Of a DNA stretch of 64,000 nt, positions 53,701 through 62,673 are shown piece after piece. The stretch comes from Opitutales bacterium. GTDB lineage: Bacteria > Verrucomicrobiota > Verrucomicrobiia > Opitutales > PNEW01. The translations under genes and the position numbers were made by a program. Positions within the stretch are counted from its first letter, which is position 1; every line of letters begins with the position of its first letter. Where the stretch lies: assembly GCA_965219535.1 (NCBI GenBank), contig CBDCNV010000002.1:1993305-2057304 (forward strand), read 5' to 3'. The notes beneath the pieces were generated by a model that was given only the letters and a program-made list of their open reading frames with translations, had not been told where the DNA came from and did not search any database.

Positions 53701-55576
53701 CGTTTTTGGGAATGGCATGCTCCTTTCGCGTCATATTCAATTAAAAGCGGTTTTCAACCATCTTCATATTTTCCTCGATCCTAATCCCAATTCAGCGAAG
53801 AGCTATCTTGAGCGAGAAAGGCTCTTTAATTTTCCGCGATCCACTTGGGAAGATTATAATAAAAAATTAATTTCCAGGGGAGGGGGTGTTTTTTCCCGCC
53901 AGGCTAAAGAAATCAAGTTGAGTGAGGAAGTTAAAAAAATGTTGGATATTGAAGCCAGTGTATTAACCCCGCTTGAATTGATCAGGGCGATTATGCGAAT
54001 GCGGGTGGATTTGTTTTGGAATGGTGGCATCGGCACTTATGTTAAAGCCAGCGGGGAGACGCATTTTGAAGTAGGGGACAGGAGTAACGACAATGTTCGT
54101 GTAAATGCGAATAAATTGAGGTGTCGAGTCGTTGGTGAAGGCGGCAACCTGGGCTTTACTCAATTGTCCCGTATTGAGTACGCGTTGAATGGGGGCCTGA
54201 TCAATACTGACTTCGTTGACAATTCCGGAGGGGTAGACTGTTCAGACCGTGAAGTTAATATCAAAATTCTCCTCAACGTCGTGAAGCAGAATGAGGATTT
54301 ACCGGATAAAGAGCGTAATCAGCTTTTAACTAAGATGACCGATGAAGTCGCCACACTCGTTTTGCGGGACAATTATCTTCAGAGTCAAGCCATCAGCATG
54401 ATGGAAGAACACGCTGTAGACAGAATGAATGAAAATGCCTACCTCATTCATGTTTTGGAAAAAAAAGGTGAACTTGATCGAGCCCTGGAGTTTCTACCCA
54501 CCGATGATGAAATTATTGAGCGTAGAAAATCTCGAAAAGGTTTAACCCGTCCTGAACTGGCGGTCCTCATCGCTTATGGTAAGATCACACTCTATAATGA
54601 ATTGGTTGATTCGGATGTCCCTGAAGACACTTATCTCGCCGAGGAAATAGAACGCTATTTTCCGGGGCCTCTTTTAAAGAGGTTTCCGCAATACATGGCT
54701 TTACACAATTTGCGTCGTGAAATAATAGCGATGCGCGTTACAAATAGCCTCGTAAATAGAATGGGCCCCACTTTTGCCCATCGAATGTGGGAGGAAAGTG
54801 GTGCCGATGCAGCCAGTGTAGCGCGGGCTTATACAGTAGCACGTGAAGTCTTTAATATGCGTTCTCTTTGGCGGTCGATCGAGTCTTTAGATAATAAAAT
54901 TCCAGCTAATGTTCAGTACTCAATGATGTTTCAGACCAGTCGTCTCTTGCGGCGCGCCACACGCTGGCTTTTAGAACAACCTGCGCGGTCTGCAAATATT
55001 GCGTCTGCGGTTTCAAATTACCGTTCGGAAATCTCTACCCTGATTAAAATTCTGCCCGAATTACTCGTAGAGGACGATTTGCGAAGTTTCAAAGAAATGG
55101 TGCGGAATTATCTTGAAGCGGGAGTGCCAAGAGAGACGGCAAAAAGTATTTCACTCTTAAATTCTATTTACCCTGCGCTGGATATTACGGAAATTGCACT
55201 TAATTCTAATGCCAAAGTTACCTATGTAGCTTCAGTGTATTTCAATATTGGATCGACGATCGCGCTTAATTGGCTGCGGAATCAGATTGAATTATTGGAA
55301 GTTGACGGTCACTGGCCAGCTGTTGCTCGAGGAACACTTCGCGAAGACCTATACGCGATGCACCGATCTCTTACCGCTCAAGTGATTGCTCTGGATGGAA
55401 AATCACGAGCCGAAACTTCCGTGAACCGCTGGTTGCAACACCACCAGGATAATATTGTTCATGTCGAACAAACGCTCAACGACATGAAATCTGCTGGAGA
55501 AATTGATTTTGCTACATTGTCGGTTGCAGTACAGGAAATCCGTAAGCTTAATCAATTTACGATGAACTCCCGTTAA
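50729..55576 (+). CDS. gdhB: NAD-specific glutamate dehydrogenase, large (~180 kDa) class
   Basis: 1615 aa. Catalytic-core blocks of the large bacterial NAD-GDH family (GGLRWSDR, VPIGAKGGFV, ADKGTATFSD, GIGDMGGDVFGNGML, EGGNLGFTQ). Confidence 0.9.
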   Translation: MPKYTQNAQKFLVDDVVAEARKKVNKKNLKKVKAYISQYYRSVSEIDLRDKATSDLSGAALAHLKFAENRKPNLPNVRIYNPELKKDGWESTHTIVEMVNDDMPFLVDSLSMVLNKYSISIHLTIHPIFEVRRDGKGNLKEVKAASENTDGAHLESFQHIEIDRETNPKRIAQLENEIKSSMADVRASVRDWREMIDRSSSLCQDLASKPPPLELTEVSESKTFLEWMGDDNFTFLGYKEYRLRSYGKKVVFNPVKGSGLGILREDHNKFSDSEISLPENLPNRVHYKELLIITKANSFSTVHRRVFLDYIGVKIFDKKGKLVGEKRFIGLFTSVAYNRSALEIPFIRHKVKQVRERSQLYPSSHAAKALLHILETFPRDDLFQGSLDELFDISTGILHLQERQRVKLFIRSDPFNRFFSCLVYIPRDRYNTQIRESVQAILMHELSGSSVEHTIQLSESILARVHIVVRTEQNEKIKFDTAKIEEKIISTVRSWQDVLSESLINKFGEEKGLSLFHKYSDSFSAAYQEDVSALEAASDIIHLEYLGEVKDNLRICLYHPTSDSESNLGLKLYRREGPIPLYDALPILRNMGLRVISERPYRVKLNEKTNFWIQDFVLIHRLSQALDAEAVNDHFEDAFAKIWRREMDNDGFNRLIISARLSSRQTILIRAFCKYLLQIGVPFSQTYMEKVLTENASLTSLLVDLFELRFDPALESKKRDRRVRLSIQKIEAGLNAVESLDEDRILRSFFEIISASLRTNYFQKGKDHDFKSYISVKFDPKKILELPRPKPLFEIFVYSRRFEGVHLRGGKIARGGLRWSDRREDFRTEILGLMKAQMVKNTLIVPIGAKGGFVVKRPPISGGREELMGEVVDCYRNFIRGLLDITDNLKGAKVIKPKEVVRYDEDDPYLVVAADKGTATFSDIANSVAHEYNFWLGDAFASGGSVGYDHKVMGITARGAWESVKRLFRELDVDIQTTDFSVIGIGDMGGDVFGNGMLLSRHIQLKAVFNHLHIFLDPNPNSAKSYLERERLFNFPRSTWEDYNKKLISRGGGVFSRQAKEIKLSEEVKKMLDIEASVLTPLELIRAIMRMRVDLFWNGGIGTYVKASGETHFEVGDRSNDNVRVNANKLRCRVVGEGGNLGFTQLSRIEYALNGGLINTDFVDNSGGVDCSDREVNIKILLNVVKQNEDLPDKERNQLLTKMTDEVATLVLRDNYLQSQAISMMEEHAVDRMNENAYLIHVLEKKGELDRALEFLPTDDEIIERRKSRKGLTRPELAVLIAYGKITLYNELVDSDVPEDTYLAEEIERYFPGPLLKRFPQYMALHNLRREIIAMRVTNSLVNRMGPTFAHRMWEESGADAASVARAYTVAREVFNMRSLWRSIESLDNKIPANVQYSMMFQTSRLLRRATRWLLEQPARSANIASAVSNYRSEISTLIKILPELLVEDDLRSFKEMVRNYLEAGVPRETAKSISLLNSIYPALDITEIALNSNAKVTYVASVYFNIGSTIALNWLRNQIELLEVDGHWPAVARGTLREDLYAMHRSLTAQVIALDGKSRAETSVNRWLQHHQDNIVHVEQTLNDMKSAGEIDFATLSVAVQEIRKLNQFTMNSR

Positions 55577-55603
55577 GCGATTGAGCAAACGGATATAATT
55601 TTA

Positions 55604-56761
55604 TTAATCCGCGTATTGCTTCAAGCGCTCGCAAGCAATCTTAAGATTGTCTAAACTTGTCGCGTAGGATAGGCGTAGATAATCTTCTCCCTCCTTGCCG
55701 AATGAATTGCCCGCGAGGACGGCAATACCGGCATTTTCCAGGATATCATCGGCAAGTTGGCTCGCACTTTTTCCCGTCTCTTTAATATTGGGAAAGGCGT
55801 AAAAAGCGCCACTTGGTTTAAGGCAGTGAAAACCGTTAATTTCATTTAATGCATCGACTAAATAATCCCTGCGGGATTTAAATTCAGTCACCATTAATTC
55901 GACGCAGTCCTGTGAACCTTGAAGTGCGGCCAACGCTCCATATTGATTAAAAGTACAAGCACAGGAAGCGATATTAACATTATAGAGCTCAAAGGCCTCT
56001 GCTAAGAAGGAAGGAACTATTCCATATCCCAGTCGCCACCCGGTCATTGAATAGCTTTTGGAAAAACCGTCGAGAATTACCGTTCGTTCTTTCATTCCAG
56101 GTAGAGAGGCAATACTGACGAAACTACCTTCATAGAGAAAATCTTTATATATTTCGTCAGAGAGGACGAAAAAATCGTTGCGTTGAGCTTCTTCGGCAAT
56201 TACTTCGAGATCATCTCGACTAATTGTGCCTCCGGTAGGGTTATGCGGAGAATTAATTATGACGAGGCGAGTGCGCTCAGATACACGGGATCTAAAATCT
56301 TTCTCATCAAACGAAAAAGCTTTTTCTTCTCTTAGGGGTAGGGGGACGGGAGTGGCACCACTGTGCGCGATGAGTGACGCATACATGGGAAATCCAGGAT
56401 CTGGATAAATAACTTCATCACCTTTCCCCGCAAGACTTTGAATAGTATAGAAAATAATTGGTTTTCCACCCGGTGATATAATGACATTATTTATGTCAAA
56501 CGGTATCCCTCTACGTGCGCCAGTCTCTGAGGCAATAGCTTCTCTTAACTCAGGGAGCCCTGGTGCCGGTCCGTATCCCGTTTTTCCTTCACGCATAGCT
56601 GCGACTGCGGCATCACATACATGTTCAGGCGTAGGAAAGTCGGGCTGGCCGATTTCCAGATGTATTATATCCTTCCCCTGCCTCTCCAATTGTTGAGCTT
56701 GTGCCAGTACTTTGAAGGCTGTTTCTGTCTGCAGACCTTGAGTGCACTCTTTAATTTTCAT
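55604..56761 (-). CDS. Class I/II pyridoxal-phosphate aminotransferase (aspartate/aromatic type)
   Basis: 385 aa. NSPHNPTG and PLP-lysine context SKSYSMTGWRLGY. Confidence 0.9.
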   Translation of the reverse strand: MKIKECTQGLQTETAFKVLAQAQQLERQGKDIIHLEIGQPDFPTPEHVCDAAVAAMREGKTGYGPAPGLPELREAIASETGARRGIPFDINNVIISPGGKPIIFYTIQSLAGKGDEVIYPDPGFPMYASLIAHSGATPVPLPLREEKAFSFDEKDFRSRVSERTRLVIINSPHNPTGGTISRDDLEVIAEEAQRNDFFVLSDEIYKDFLYEGSFVSIASLPGMKERTVILDGFSKSYSMTGWRLGYGIVPSFLAEAFELYNVNIASCACTFNQYGALAALQGSQDCVELMVTEFKSRRDYLVDALNEINGFHCLKPSGAFYAFPNIKETGKSASQLADDILENAGIAVLAGNSFGKEGEDYLRLSYATSLDNLKIACERLKQYAD

Positions 56762-56991
56762 GGATGCAGAATAGCTTCATGCCGGGTCAGGGCAAGCAGC
56801 TTGATTTCAGAATCAAATAACGGGAATGAACCCATCATGGCGTACAAAACTTCGGCGTGAGCTCCCCTTGGCACCATTTCTGGGCCAAAGAGGTCCAACA
56901 CCCACGCCGAAGCCTCAGTCGTACCCCTCTTCGTGAGGGTTAACTTGCCGGCCGTAGCCCCAAGTAGGCGGGACTACAGCTCAACAAGGTT

Positions 56992-57021
56992 GCGATTGGG
57001 AAGCTCGTAAAACCCAATCGC
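56992..57021 (-). terminator. Perfect 9-bp hairpin downstream of the truncated surface-protein remnant
   Basis: gcgattggg-N12-cccaatcgc, 16 nt past the remnant stop codon. There is no U-run, so terminator function is uncertain. Confidence 0.3.
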
Positions 57022-57036
57022 AAAATTTCACCTTTA

Positions 57037-57344
57037 CTAAATCGTTTCCTCATAAATTGTGACCGTAATTTCATCACCGTCTTCATTGATGAATGTTTCA
57101 TCGATGGTCTGCGTCACCTGTTCCGTTCCGTCCGACTTAACATTGTTCTGAGAGACCAAGGTATCAAATCCAGGTGTCGTCGATCCGCTCTCAGCTACTA
57201 CGATGTCGGCTTCGTTCGTCTGAATGAGATCGCCTCCAGCGATCCGCAATCCCGGATTTGACGCGGCAACCGTAAAAGACCCTTCTCCAAATAGAATGTT
57301 TGGCACCGCATCACCTGAAGCGTCGATGTCTCCGATTAAGACAC
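57037..57344 (-). pseudogene. 3' remnant of a surface/adhesin-like protein gene, truncated by IS3 copy 2
   Basis: The minus-strand frame is open right up to the IS boundary (…VLIGDIDASGDAVPNILFGEGSFTVAASNPGLRIAGGD...) with no upstream start. G/D/T/S-rich beta-type sequence. The rest of the gene is absent from the other side of the IS. Confidence 0.6.
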
Positions 57345-57409
57345 TGGAGTGACCCCCAAAAATCGTATCATTTACAGAGAGAGGTTATCGGGATAAACAG
57401 ATAACCTCA

Positions 57410-57703
57410 ATGAAAAGAAAAAGATACACAACAGAACAGATTATAACAATATTGCGGCAAGCCGATACCGGTAAAACGGTACAGGAAATCTGCCGTGGAA
57501 ACAACCTGAGCGAACAGACTTTCTATCGCTGGCGTAAAAAATATGGCAATTTAGAACTTGCCGATGCGAAGCGATTTAAAGAGCTGGAAAAAGAATTCAC
57601 GAGCGCAAGCGAGAAGGCCTGACATACCGAGCTGAAGAAGCTGCTCGCAGATCAAATGCTCAAGAATCAGGTAATGGAGGAAACGCTGTCAAAAAAATGG
57701 TGA
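57410..57703 (+). pseudogene. IS3 orfA with in-frame TGA at 57620-57622
   Basis: Identical to copy 1 orfA. The frame reads ...KELEKEFTSASEKA*HTELKKLLADQMLKNQVMEETLSKKW*. Confidence 0.75.
57691..57697 (+). promoter_or_regulatory. A7 slippery run, candidate -1 programmed frameshift site
   Basis: tcA AAA AAA tgg tga in the orfA frame. The -1 frame reads aaa aaa atg gtg agc... (orfB). Confidence 0.6.
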
Positions 57704-58662
57704 GCCCAAAGCAGAAGAAACGAGTAGTAAAAGCTGCGGCTGAGAAAGGGTTGTGCTCGTTGCGGAGGGCTTGTGCTTATCTCAGCCTGAGTTGGTCAAC
57801 GTTCAGTTACCGGCCCAAACAGGCCAGTGAGAAAGCTCAGCGGTTGGTCGAGCGGATTGTGAGCTTGTCCTGGAAACATCCCCGCTACGGTTACCGGCGC
57901 ATCCGTGCCTTGCTGGTAAAGGAAGGCTGGACAACAAGCAGGAAGTTTGTCCAGGCGGTACGACGTTCAGAAGGGCTGCAGGTAAAGCCCCCGAAAAAGG
58001 GCAGACACCGTCAAGGAGTCTCTACGGGGTCACCTACTAAAGCAAAGGGTCGCAATCACGTTTGGTCCTGGGACTTTGTCCATGATCGTACAGACAACGG
58101 CGGTCCATTAAAGATGATGACTCTAATCGATGTACCGAGGAGCTGAAAGCGACGACACTCAAGCGAAGCGAAGACATATACGCGTAAATGCCTGGATATC
58201 CGGGTCGCTCGTCAACTCACCTCAACCGATGTCCTCTCTGTGCTTAGCGAGGCCATTGAAGAGGAGGGACCTCCCAGCTATATCCGTAGTGACAACGGCA
58301 GTGAGTTCATTGCTCATCAAGTGCAGCAGTGGTTGTCCGGTAATAACATAAAGGCGATCTATATCGATCCGGGCAGTCCCTGGCAAAACGGTTTCATCGA
58401 GTCGTTTCACAACCGCTTACGCGATGAGTGTTTGAACCGTGAAGTGTTGCTCAGCGTGGCTGAAGCGCAAGTGGTAATCGAACAATGGCGTCAGACCTAT
58501 AACCATGAACATCCCCACAGTCGTTTAGGCTTCAAAAGCCCACAAGAGTTTGTCAGATTCCTTTCCGATCTTGGCCGCGTTCGGGCTACGCCCTCACTTC
58601 GCCAAGATCTCTCATATACATCAATCCTAAAACCATTAACACCCGGTAACTCTCTCACTTAA
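57697..58662 (+). pseudogene. IS3 orfB (DDE transposase) with in-frame TGA at 58144-58146
   Basis: The 149-aa and 140-aa track ORFs are in the same frame (both start positions are 1 mod 3). They are separated only by one TGA: ...MTLIDVPRS*KRRHSSEAKTYTRKCLDIRVARQLTSTDVLSVLSEAIEEEG... Confidence 0.75.
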
Positions 58663-58761
58663 ATTGGTACGAAAAACGGGGTCCGATCAATGATGTTGTT
58701 ACTTTTGGTAATTAATAAACCTAAACAACCATAATTATTTATATACTAGCTATTTATGAAA

Positions 58762-58841
<80 letters not shown>

Positions 58842-58908
58842 ATAAAAGTGAAATGTGCACTAAGAGTTCAGATGACGTCAAGTTAAAGATGTATCGTTGA
58901 AAAGGGCT

Positions 58909-59838
58909 TTAAAGAGATAATGACTTGCGTGCTGCGCTCATCATTGCCTCTGCCGGGACGCTTGCTTCGCTCCAGATTTCAAGCGAGCGTGCGCCCTGCC
59001 AGACGAGCATGGTGAGACCGTGGGCACCTTTCATTCCCCGACTTGCGGCATCTCGCAGGAGTGCAGTATCAGCGGGTTTATATATCAAATCGTAAATTTT
59101 CAGGGATTGGTCAAAGCGATCCAAGTCAATCGGTGAGGGGTCTTCCTTATGTAAACCCAGGGAGGTGGCGTTTATTAGCAATCCGGTTTCAGGTAAGTCG
59201 GAGGGAGGGGAACTGAGAGTGAAACCCGCTACTTTGCTAAATGAACGGTGGGTGCCCAAGCTATTGAGGAGCGCTGCAAGGCGTTCTTGATTGCGATTAC
59301 CGATCCACAATGCTTCGCATTCACCTTCAAGGCATTGAACGGCAGCTGATCGACCCGCGCCGCCGGCACCGAGGAGTATAACCGTTGCCTCTTTCAATTC
59401 CGTATCCAGGTCTTGTTGGATTGCTTTTTCAAGACCGTAACCATCTGTATTGTAACCGTGATAGCCATCGTCCTGCCAATGAAGAGTATTGACGGCGCCG
59501 ACATGTTGTGCGGCAGGATCGACTTTTGTAATCAGGGGCACAGCTTCGACTTTATGAGGAAGGGTGAGGTTAAGTCCGACGAAATTTTTTTTATAGAATA
59601 AGGGAAGGGCAGAGGATAAGTCCTCCGGTAAAATATCAAATTTAAAATAACGCCATTTTGTAAAACGGGAATCATCATCACTCATCAGCGAGAGTGCGGC
59701 ATTGTGCATCGCGGGGCTGACAGAGTGGGCTATGGGGTTACCGATGACGGCCAGTGATACACCTTCAAATTTCCAGTTCTCAAGGTCAATCAGACGATAG
59801 ACACTATCGGTATCGGGGTCGTTCGTGAGTGACATCAA
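58909..59838 (-). CDS. aroE: Shikimate dehydrogenase
   Basis: 309 aa. VIGNPIAHSVSPAMHNAA, NLTLPHK, NTDGYG, GAGGAGRSA blocks. Confidence 0.9.
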   Translation of the reverse strand: MMSLTNDPDTDSVYRLIDLENWKFEGVSLAVIGNPIAHSVSPAMHNAALSLMSDDDSRFTKWRYFKFDILPEDLSSALPLFYKKNFVGLNLTLPHKVEAVPLITKVDPAAQHVGAVNTLHWQDDGYHGYNTDGYGLEKAIQQDLDTELKEATVILLGAGGAGRSAAVQCLEGECEALWIGNRNQERLAALLNSLGTHRSFSKVAGFTLSSPPSDLPETGLLINATSLGLHKEDPSPIDLDRFDQSLKIYDLIYKPADTALLRDAASRGMKGAHGLTMLVWQGARSLEIWSEASVPAEAMMSAARKSLSL

Positions 59839-60702
59839 TCAGGACTTAGCGTGTCGTCGATAAATTGTCTCAAACTCCCGAACAAAACTGGCAAATAACC
59901 TGGCTCGCTCTGGGTCATTATTTAAAGTATATTGACGACTCAGATTAGCGCAACTTCGGCGCAGAATCTGACCGACAGGGATCGGTGCGAAATAACTGGG
60001 CTTGGGGCTGAAATTTTCATTACAGAGGAAATCATTGAGGTCTTCTTCCATCTTGAACCTTCCCCGCTCGTAGGGGTCGATGTAAAAAGGGGTTTCTTCA
60101 AGAAAACAGCCGACTAAAAATCTGACCGGCATACCGATGGGTTCAAGGTTGATGCCGCAGCGCTGTGCGACAAGAATGTAGAGAATGGAAAGAGTGATCG
60201 GTATCCCTTTACGCCGAATCAGGACCTGGCTGATTAAGCTGTTCAGCGGGTCATCGAAATTTTCGGTATTTCCGCGGAATCCGGATTCGTGAAAAATTAC
60301 CCGGTTTAAGACTTTGCATTTTTCCCAAGGCGTACTGGGCAGGATCATAATTTCTCGGCAGCGCGCGGCGATGGCATCTATCTGGATACAGCATTCAGCA
60401 ACATCCACGTTGGGGAATACCGTTCGGTCCAGAAGAAGACTTCCCGTTTCGAGCTCGTAATTCAAAGATCTTATAAACCGATAAAACTCCGCGACCGTGT
60501 CATGACCGGAAATTTTCTGAAGGAATTCACGAGCATGGGAGGAGAGAATGCGGTTGTTGTTATGAGTAAGTTTCTGTAAAAGATGGATCCCTCTATCATC
60601 CATTCTTTTAAACTCTTTGATCAGCGCTTCTTGAACGACAGGTGTATCGTCATCCATAAGTCGGATGAGAGCACCGTCATGTTCATTGCTTAATCTATTC
60701 AT
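59839..60702 (-). CDS. SirB1/YchA-like transglutaminase-fold protein (UPF0162-type)
   Basis: 287 aa. The central block FDDPLNSLISQVLIRRKGIPITLSILYILVAQRCGINLEPIGMPVRFLV resembles the conserved core of the SirB1 family. Abuts the aroE start with no gap. Confidence 0.5.
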   Translation of the reverse strand: MNRLSNEHDGALIRLMDDDTPVVQEALIKEFKRMDDRGIHLLQKLTHNNNRILSSHAREFLQKISGHDTVAEFYRFIRSLNYELETGSLLLDRTVFPNVDVAECCIQIDAIAARCREIMILPSTPWEKCKVLNRVIFHESGFRGNTENFDDPLNSLISQVLIRRKGIPITLSILYILVAQRCGINLEPIGMPVRFLVGCFLEETPFYIDPYERGRFKMEEDLNDFLCNENFSPKPSYFAPIPVGQILRRSCANLSRQYTLNNDPERARLFASFVREFETIYRRHAKS

Positions 60703-60836
60703 CGCATTATCTTAAGTGAATCAGAAATTGTGTTTCTCGCAATCAAGAAATCTAAAAAATTATTTTATAAAAAATAATTTGTAAGTAGCAGGAGAACTTA
60801 TATCAAACAGTCTGCGAATAAATTATTCGAAAAACT

Positions 60837-61535
60837 TTATTGATTTTCGCGTTCACCGTAAAGTGCAGTGCCAATGCGTATTAACGTACTTCCGGCCTTT
60901 ATGGCTTGTGTCATATCACCTGTCATTCCCATTGATAATTCGGGAAGAGGTATTCCGAACTTTATGGCAAGCGAGTCTCGCAAAGAACGAAGACGCTCGA
61001 AACATTTTGCGGCTATATCACGGTTATTGCTAAGTGGTGCAATTGTCATCAAGCCTTCGACTTTGAGATTATTACATTGAAGGGCAGATTCAAGAAGCTC
61101 TTTTGCCGCTTCGAGAGTTGCTCCATATTTTGCCGGATCCTCACCGGCATTAATCTGTAATAGTATAGGTAGAGTTTTGTTTGATTCACCACACAATCGA
61201 TCGAGGGAGTTAAGTATTTTCAAACGATCGACGGATTGAATACGATCAAAAGTTGCGACTGCCAATTTCGCTTTATTCGACTGTAGATGGCCGATAAATT
61301 CCCAACGCAGACGCGAATTTATTTTTTGCTTCTTATCGCTTGCTTCCTGGACCAGGTTTTCACCTATCGCCTCAAATCCGTAGCGTTCGGCATATTCTAC
61401 CGCTTGATAGGGGTGTGATTTAGTTACCGCTAGAACTTTTACTTCGGTTGGTTTTCGACCGCACTGGGCGCAGGCTTCCGCGATTTTTTTTTCTATCAGT
61501 TCAGCGTATTTCTCGAATTTTGGGTAATTTATCAT
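60837..61535 (-). CDS. yggS: YggS-family pyridoxal-phosphate homeostasis protein
   Basis: 232 aa. VKVLAVTKSHP (PLP lysine), IGENLVQEA, HLQSNK, LSMGMTGD blocks. Confidence 0.9.
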   Translation of the reverse strand: MINYPKFEKYAELIEKKIAEACAQCGRKPTEVKVLAVTKSHPYQAVEYAERYGFEAIGENLVQEASDKKQKINSRLRWEFIGHLQSNKAKLAVATFDRIQSVDRLKILNSLDRLCGESNKTLPILLQINAGEDPAKYGATLEAAKELLESALQCNNLKVEGLMTIAPLSNNRDIAAKCFERLRSLRDSLAIKFGIPLPELSMGMTGDMTQAIKAGSTLIRIGTALYGERENQ

Positions 61536-61613
61536 TAATCCGGGCCGAATATTTGATTAGTAATGCTGTATTCATGTTTGCATTATGATTAGAAATAGTG
61601 ATATAGCAATATC

Positions 61614-62525
61614 ATGCATATTGAGAATTTTAAAATATTTTCAGATTTAGTTGAAAGCCAGAGTTTTTCTCGCGCAGCAAAATTAAATAGTATCACCCAA
61701 TCGGCAGTGAGTCAGCAACTTCGGGCGATGGAAAAACATTTTCATGTGTTAATTGTCGATCGCAGCCAAAAGCAATTTCGTTTAACGCGGGAAGGGCAAA
61801 AGCTATACGACAGCTCAAAAGACATACTCCACCGCTACGAAAAGCTCAATAGCGAGCTTCTGGAGATGAAAAAAGTGATCAGCGGAACGATCCACATCTC
61901 GACAATTTACAGTATCGGGTTGCATGAATTGCCCGAATATATCACTAAATTTTTAAAAGAATTTCCTTCCGTCAATGTAAGAGTAGAGTACCGGCGTTCA
62001 AACATGGTTTACGAAGACATCCTGCATAATTCGGTAGACTTCGGTTTAGTTGCTTATCCGACAAAAATGCGTCAGCTGGAAATTATTCCTTTTATGGAAG
62101 ACCGGTTAGCGGTTATCTGTAATCCACAACACCCCTTCGCGAAAAAAGAGGGAGTGGATATTAAGGAATTAACGGGCCAAAAACTGGTAAATTTTGAATC
62201 GGATATCCCAACCCGGAAAGCAATCGACCAGTTGTTTAAAGAGAACAAAGTAGAAATTGATCCGGTGATGGAATTTGACAACATTGAGACAGTTAAACGC
62301 GCCGTAGAAATCGATGCAGGTATAGCAATTCTTCCACTCGCGACCGTAGAACAGGAAGTAAGTCAGCGTTTGCTTAATGCCGTCCATATTAAAGGGAAAA
62401 AAATTGTCCGACCACTTGTTATTCTGCATAGAAAAGGGCGTGTATTAACAACGGCGATGAAAAAATTTATTGTTACCCTTACGGGTAAAGCCTATAAGGA
62501 TCCAGATAAAGCTAACGATCGATAG
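61614..62525 (+). CDS. LysR-family transcriptional regulator
   Basis: 303 aa. N-terminal wHTH (FSRAAKLNSITQSAVSQQLRAMEKHF) plus a LysR substrate-binding domain. Confidence 0.9.
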   Translation: MHIENFKIFSDLVESQSFSRAAKLNSITQSAVSQQLRAMEKHFHVLIVDRSQKQFRLTREGQKLYDSSKDILHRYEKLNSELLEMKKVISGTIHISTIYSIGLHELPEYITKFLKEFPSVNVRVEYRRSNMVYEDILHNSVDFGLVAYPTKMRQLEIIPFMEDRLAVICNPQHPFAKKEGVDIKELTGQKLVNFESDIPTRKAIDQLFKENKVEIDPVMEFDNIETVKRAVEIDAGIAILPLATVEQEVSQRLLNAVHIKGKKIVRPLVILHRKGRVLTTAMKKFIVTLTGKAYKDPDKANDR

Positions 62526-62557
62526 TATTATCGAATAATCTTTATCACGAAGTCTTA

Positions 62558-62578
62558 TTACCCGGATAAAGCGGGTAA
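62558..62578 (+). terminator. Hairpin after the LysR gene (weak terminator candidate)
   Basis: 7-bp stem ttacccg/cgggtaa with a 7-nt loop. No clear T-tract follows. Confidence 0.3.
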
Positions 62579-62673
62579 ATATATCTCCTTCATGGGGTGA
62601 ATGTAGCTAATTGTGGGTTATATTAATACGGTATAGGTGCGAAATAGATCCAAATGTGACTTATTGATGTGGC

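Larger units (their letters stand above)
57345..58689 (+). mobile_element. IS3-family insertion sequence, copy 2 (1345 bp), inverted relative to copy 1
   Basis: Same termini and the same ORF translations as copy 1. Flanks gacac|IS|atgat show no target-site duplication. Confidence 0.9.

Noticed and set aside
56781-56800. SRP-RNA-like words (GGTCAGG...AAGCAGC around a GCAA).
   Set aside because: There is no closing helix for the tetraloop and no flanking 4.5S helix. The stretch is just the 5' leader of the aminotransferase gene.
58141-58170. Possible translational bypass in IS3 orfB, with take-off at AGC before the TGA and a matching AGC 21 nt downstream.
   Set aside because: A single trinucleotide match is expected by chance. 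The orfA stop has no equivalent take-off and landing pair.
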